Assembly (NCBI RefSeq): GCF_031769215.1
Contig: NW_026782092.1
Span: 496,001-560,000 of the forward strand
DNA from: Ylistrum balloti
Taxonomy: Eukaryota
Direction of reading: 5' to 3'
DNA: 64,000 bases
Shown here piece after piece: positions 62,809-64,000 of the stretch. The position numbers and the translations under genes are program-made. The stretch's first letter is position 1. Each line of letters begins with the position of its first letter. The notes beneath the pieces were generated by a model, which searched no databases, was not told where the DNA came from, and was given only the letters and a program-made list of their open reading frames with translations.

Positions 62809-64000
62809 CTGAAAATAAGTGTTATCGTATGAATGTAATCTTTTAATTACACTGTTTTTATCCATTTTAGGCAAATCTTTGCACAAATCACACTACAATA
62901 TCTGTATGGTATTTTTGTCACAAGGGTTATCAGTATATATGTGTATGCGATTTGGTGTTGTAGATGCCATTCTTTATTTCAAATGGAAAAAGTTCATGTA
63001 AACCTCGTTATTAGAAAGGAATATATTTAAATACAGTTTCAAAGATTATTTTATTTTTACAGAATTGTAGTGAAATCATTTACAATGTATAATAGCTGTT
63101 TTAACTTGCTCTATACCAACATGGGTTGTGTTAACATCAATAGGGCGTTATGATAGGAATTTTGTGATTTGCCGCTAATTAATGTGCATAACTGAAGATT
63201 TCATAAATACACGAAGACATTGTGACTCATTACAAATTATTATTGGAATTTAATTGGTTTGTTATCTTCTAAAGCGAAAAGAAACTTATCCAAATCAATA
63301 TTAAATTATTACACAAGTAATCAAGAACTATTTATTACGCGTTTTAATAGCCGTGATTGCGTTTAACGTTCTTACGAACAAAATTCATCCTGTATGCCAA
63401 CCAAAAAATGCTAAAATGTTATACCACATGTTATACGATATTTATGTTTATACAACAGTTGGAATGGTTATCTATGCAATGACTTTTGAGTTGAAAAACA
63501 CCAATCTACTGTGGTAGAAAGACACTTTAAACAATTACGCTTCACTCTCATGTAAAATCTACACTCAATAGCTTATGTGATATAACTATGCTAATAACAA
63601 TGAACACGAAATATCGATATTGGCCTAATAACTGGTTATTGCACTACATGATCAAAATCTGCATTGACGTAATGATGTACATATGTAATGCAAAAATGAT
63701 GTTACATCGTTGTATTCACAGTTTTCATAAGTACTGATTGCATGTACAAAAAATTCAGTTGTGTCAATTTTCTTTCATGATAATTATTCTAGTCAAATGT
63801 TCTTTGGTTTATAAAGTTGCTCTAGTTCTTGTTATTCGAAGTATACTTCAATATATGTTTAGTAAAACGATAACAAACCAAAATACGTCGGACTAAAAAT
63901 GTATAAAAGTACTCTTTTCATTATCTTTCTCAAACTGAATTTTTTTGTCCTAAATGGTGTTTGAGTACAACATGCCGTCGGAGATGCTTAGTGGTGCCCA

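Overview
AT-rich animal genomic DNA, most likely a bivalve mollusc. This is inferred from GT-AG spliced genes, Helentron-like satellite-carrying elements, tRNA-SINEs and a PAN/Sushi/C-type-lectin gene type. Three complete multi-exon genes could be assembled by hand with consistent splice phases. (1) A 16-exon family-81 endo-beta-1,3-glucanase (13002-30969, +, about 1104 aa) whose N-terminal domain is interrupted by two tandem copies of an unrecognised ~95-aa Cys/Trp module plus a Pro/Thr linker. (2) Mevalonate kinase MVK (44749-31946, -, 9 coding exons). (3) Cobalamin adenosyltransferase MMAB (44839-56536, +, 9 coding exons), whose start codon lies only 89 bp from that of MVK, the same head-to-head pairing known in mammals. 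The window also holds a disrupted PAN-EGF-Sushi-Sushi-C-type-lectin gene split by a LINE with a 9-bp target-site duplication, and a galactose-3-O-sulfotransferase exon with an apparent premature stop. Type I hammerhead-ribozyme motifs occur in glucanase introns, including a tandem pair 222 nt apart. Mobile and repetitive DNA includes a near-full L1/Tx1 ORF2 plus a second 3'-end copy inside MVK, a long-TIR element carrying a PHD remnant, Helentron-like elements, SINE/LINE fragments and several tandem repeats. There is one 810-N assembly gap. All calls come from manual reading; no database searches were run.
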